The position numbers and the translations under genes are program-made. Of a DNA stretch of 22,131 bases, positions 19,301-22,131 are shown in pieces; within the stretch, counting starts at the first letter, position 1, and each line of letters opens with the position of its first letter. The notes under the pieces were generated by a model. It was not told the DNA's origin and ran no database searches. It was given only the letters and a program-made list of their open reading frames with translations. The stretch is from contig JBHGNT010000509.1 in NCBI GenBank assembly GCA_043228905.1, positions 1 to 22,131 on the forward strand, read 5' to 3'. The DNA is from Azolla caroliniana (lineage: Eukaryota > Plantae > Polypodiophyta).

Positions 19301-21783
19301 GGATTCAATACAGATGTAGAATGCTTGGCACTTAAATTCATGCAAATGCAGTTTCCATACATACGCATGTTACATTGAAGTTAAACCTGTTCTTTTTCAA
19401 ATGTAATTTGTTGTGCTTCTTTATGTTCTCTCTCTTTCGTCTCCAAATTGCGTTCAAGGTCCTCAATAACCTCCTTTTGTCTGACATTTCAGACACAAAC
19501 CAAAAAAAAGGATTAGATTCATACCTGGATGCTTGTAAAAGAAATCCTAAGATGTGTACATGGTATATTTAATCATTATCCTATGCATACTTCATACTAG
19601 TGCCTAATGAATGGAGATCTATCTCTATCTTGCCTATTATATCCAAAGGTTCAATTAAATGTACACTTATTTTCTGAAAAGAAAAATCTGTGTTGTAGAA
19701 TATACATAGAACCTATGTGTCACATACAGAAAATGCATAGATTTATCAACATGTACAAAACAGAAAATGCATAGATTTATCAACAAGGTTTAAATAGCTT
19801 ATAATTTCGACACAAAACAGAAAATGCATAGATTTATCAACAAGATTTAAATAGCTTATAATTTTAACAAAGTGCTCTAAGGAAGATTAACAAATGAAAC
19901 AAACAAAACAGAAAATGCAATGAAAACAAACAAAATAGAAAATGCATAGATTTATCAACAAGATTTAAATAGCTTATAATTTTGACATAGTGCTCTAAGG
20001 AAGATTAAAAAATGAAACAAAGTGAACCAACTATCTACAGCTTTAGGCTACGTGAATGATCATCTCACTTGTTATTAGCAATCCGGAGCTGTTGCCTTTC
20101 AGCATCTAATGTACGAAGAGCTTCACCAGCTTGTGCCCGTACTCGCTCTAAATCATGTTGCAGTGAGGTACACTGTGATAATGCCTGAGATGCTTTCTCT
20201 GAAGCAGCAGCCAGCTGAGATTCAACGTCTTCTTTCTCCTGAAATGTAATAATATTCTTTCTCATACTTAATTTAGGTCCCTTAAATGAAAACTAATTGC
20301 TCTTCATGGCTGCAAGCATTCAGATGAACATTAGGAAATATATAAACTAAAATAGCACATTGGAAGCCTCAAATTGAAATATATGTTTTCGATAAACATG
20401 TTCTTACCTTCTGCATCTCCTGAATTCGTTGTTTTGCACGTTTCTGCAGTTTTCCAAACTTAGCATCAAGTTCTGTATACTTCTTATCCCGTGCTGTAAT
20501 TTCGTTTTCCATCTTTTTTTGGGCTGAAATAACAAAAAGCACAACATAATCTTCACATAACCTCCTAGAATATGGATTTCCATTAAACATAGTGAAATTC
20601 CTCAAAGAAACAAACCTTCTGCAAGTTCCAATGCTAATGTCTCTGCTCTTTGTTCAGCACCTGAGAGGGACTCACGAAGCTCTGCAACTAGTTTCCCTGA
20701 TTCTGAAAGTGCAAGATGGTTCTGCTGCAATTGCTGCCTTAACTTTGTTACCTCTTCATACGAATTACCATTACATTCTGCCACTTGCTCTTGAAAATCT
20801 TCCATTTTCCTTGGTTGTTTATTCTCCTCCAGCTCAACTAAATCTGCTTCTGTGTCAGCTAAAGGAGTCTCTCCTTTTCCCATCTCAAAGCCATTTGAAT
20901 GATTTGGACTCAGATCCTCGCCAGTATCATGGTAATCTGGAGGCACTGTCATCGGGGAAGAAATTTCTATATCATTATTCGGACCATTAGGATCTGATAC
21001 TGCAACATTGTCCTTTAATTCTGACAGGGGTATTGTCTGTTCCTCTGACTGTTCAAGCTTCTCAACCAGGAGCAAAACCAGATACCATTTAAATTCATTA
21101 GCTACAAAAAATGAATACTTTTATCTACAGAAAGAGGTTTCTACGCTTTTTATTTTTTATACAGAGAAACTTAAAGTAAAACGTCTAAAACAAACTCACA
21201 GGCTCTTGCCTTGTCAAACCTTACGGTTATTAAATCTCATTTTGGCCTCTTAATAGACATTAATATAACTTTCTTTGTTTCTTTCATCGGGCAATGGCAA
21301 TTTGCCGTGCACATAGGCCCCGGCCCCATGGACCACGACCTCGACACCCTTGTCATCGACAGATAAAAGCCATTATCTCCTGCCATCGTAGGTGCTTCCC
21401 TCGCTTTGGAGACATTTCCATTTTGGATCGACCTAGGATAGAGATCTTTCGAAGACAAAAGCTACAATATACCTAACTTGAGAATCTCACATGTGCCAAA
21501 ACCAGATTCCCTCGTCTCTTTTCTTTTCATCTTATTTACTTTTATATTTACTGTGTAATATTTACTTTATTTTGATTTGTTCTCAAAGACGAGAAAACAC
21601 TTAAGATGTAATCTCTTATTTGGTCTTATAGGCCATTTTGGCCTCTTAAAAGACGTTAATATATCTTTCTTTCTTTCTTTCTTTCTTTCAGAGCCCAGTC
21701 AATTCTTAATCCTGCATAAGTCACATTCCTCCAGAGATGAAGGTGAAAAATTGCCTCACTGTCCTCTTCAGAGAATCACTCAT
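13364..21783 (-). CDS. GRIP: GRIP-domain golgin (trans-Golgi coiled-coil tether, AtGRIP-like), ~22 coding exons, ~795 aa
   Basis: Exons in transcript order: 21783-21760 (MSDSLKRT, tentative), ~21060-20616 (5' edge uncertain), 20523-20408 (RDKKYTELDAKFGKLQKRAKQRIQEMQK), 20238-20069 (LDAERQQLRIANNK), 19480-19387, 19239-19153, 18877-18797, 18723-18598, 17752-17644, 17566-17487, 17409-17281 (YKLRAYSLLQKKEAEL), 17198-17098, 17014-16881, 15781-15690, 15607-15491, 15167-15140, 15048-14990, 14906-14835 (ILARQQAQREEEL), 14743-14696, 13903-13798 (KREGVDMTYLKNVIMKLLETG), 13703-13645 (EVEALLPVIAMLLQFSPEE), 13474-13364 (...LLSRFLFSKAGK stop). All junctions from 20616 down are GT-AG and phase-compatible. 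YLKNV...LLPV..MLLQFSPEE is the GRIP domain signature. Confidence 0.93.
15930..16760 (-). mobile_element. Decayed LINE ORF2 3' end inside GRIP intron 15782-16880 (sense to host gene)
   Basis: The minus strand gives KLALASSIKLAEECKTNCWYSKLRDWF, AIGQVQVSSH* (ends 16294), ICQLCNQEVESD (~16245-16210) and YEIRRR*HCPFRGGFEPL..MEYNDQSCFVLLLLEIKR. This is the degenerate RxSSHxL..G...CxxC...E...H...C..Y.IR zinc-knuckle tail of LINE ORF2. Confidence 0.7.
18075..18480 (+). mobile_element. Possible highly decayed L1-type reverse-transcriptase fragment in GRIP intron 17753-18597 (antisense to host)
   Basis: Colinear weak motifs across frameshifts: LILALKYEK*HNNWF (cf. lDFEKAYD..W), IVRVNDG (cf. v.VNG), ILQPGN...ISLLADK (cf. 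i.LPG...ISLFADD) and DLFCKFFGK (cf. ldlFC..SG). Confidence 0.35.
19726..20021. repeat. Nested direct repeats with a shared left end in GRIP intron 19481-20068
   Basis: Core (caaa)acagaaaatgcatagatttatcaaca at ~19726, 19756, 19813 and 19931, plus a stub at ~19904. Copies extend to ~26, ~52, ~90 and ~90 nt (…aagRtttaaatagcttataattt…agtgctctaaggaagattaa..aatgaaacaaa). Confidence 0.9.
21238..21689 (+). mobile_element. Two tandem retroposon 3' ends (5'-truncated LINE tails ending in (CTTT)n) in the putative first coding intron of GRIP
   Basis: Tail 1 at 21238-21285 is cattttggcctcttaatagacattaatataactttctttgtttctttc. Tail 2 at 21631-21689 is ggccattttggcctcttaaaagacgttaatatat(cttt)6. The GC-richer 21290-21480 segment translates to an Arg/Pro-rich stretch (CRAHRPRPHGPRPRHPCHRQIKAIISCHRR) like the basic C-terminal extension I recall from some LINE ORF2s. 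Confidence 0.55.
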
Positions 21784-22131
21784 TGACTCTTCTTTCTCCG
21801 CATGAGGGAGAGACAAAATTCACATATCATTGACCTCTGCCAGCAGTCCAGCCCACTACACATCGTAACTGGTGCAAGCATAGGCAACAAAATGCATATT
21901 TAAAGCTACATATACCCACCCTGTTGTCCAGAGGACAGAAATGTAAAATTAGGAAATTAGCAAACGCCGAGTCCGAGTATCACGGGCCACCGACGGCTCG
22001 GCGGTGTATTAGGGGAAAGGTTATTTAAACGAGGAGCAGTACCTCAGAGAAGGGGGAGAAGAAAACTATTGGCGGAAGCACTAGCTTAGTCATTCGCAAT
22101 TAGATAAACTCATAAGGTCACCGGCCATAGG

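Noticed and set aside
800-21783. Functional gene cluster linking the three genes
   Set aside because: A chromatin reader, a secreted Gly-rich protein and a golgin share no evident pathway, so adjacency is most simply incidental.
21835-22131. Candidate GRIP 5' UTR exons (donor-like sites at 22042 and 21834, acceptor-like site at 21921)
   Set aside because: Several splice combinations are possible and there is no coding constraint to choose among them without RNA data.

Overview
Eukaryotic, land-plant nuclear DNA (AT-rich introns, GT-AG splicing, microsatellites). The decayed LINE families resemble those I recall from ferns, but that lineage call is an inference. I reconstructed three protein-coding genes by hand. 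(1) + strand, 8 coding exons, 800-6929, about 617 aa: a BAH + TFIIS-M + zinc-ribbon chromatin reader of the Arabidopsis AIPP3/BDT1 (At4g11560) type. (2) + strand, single exon, 9585-10820, 411 aa: a probably secreted Gly/Pro-rich protein. Its 8-Cys domain is split 4+4 by a ~280-aa insert that carries a Tyr/Asp cluster and GGx repeats. (3) - strand, about 22 coding exons, 13364-21783, about 795 aa: the trans-Golgi golgin GRIP; only the first exon and its acceptor are uncertain. Non-coding DNA holds several decayed LINE fragments, three copies of a retroposon 3' tail ending in (CTTT)n, a tRNA-like A/B-box element, an ancient degenerate repeat array in intron 1 of gene 1, a 137-bp tandem duplication and a nested staircase repeat in a GRIP intron. 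There is no CRISPR array, rRNA or intact transposon. The best candidate for new biology is the split-cysteine Gly-rich protein. All homology calls come from recalled family motifs, not from database searches.
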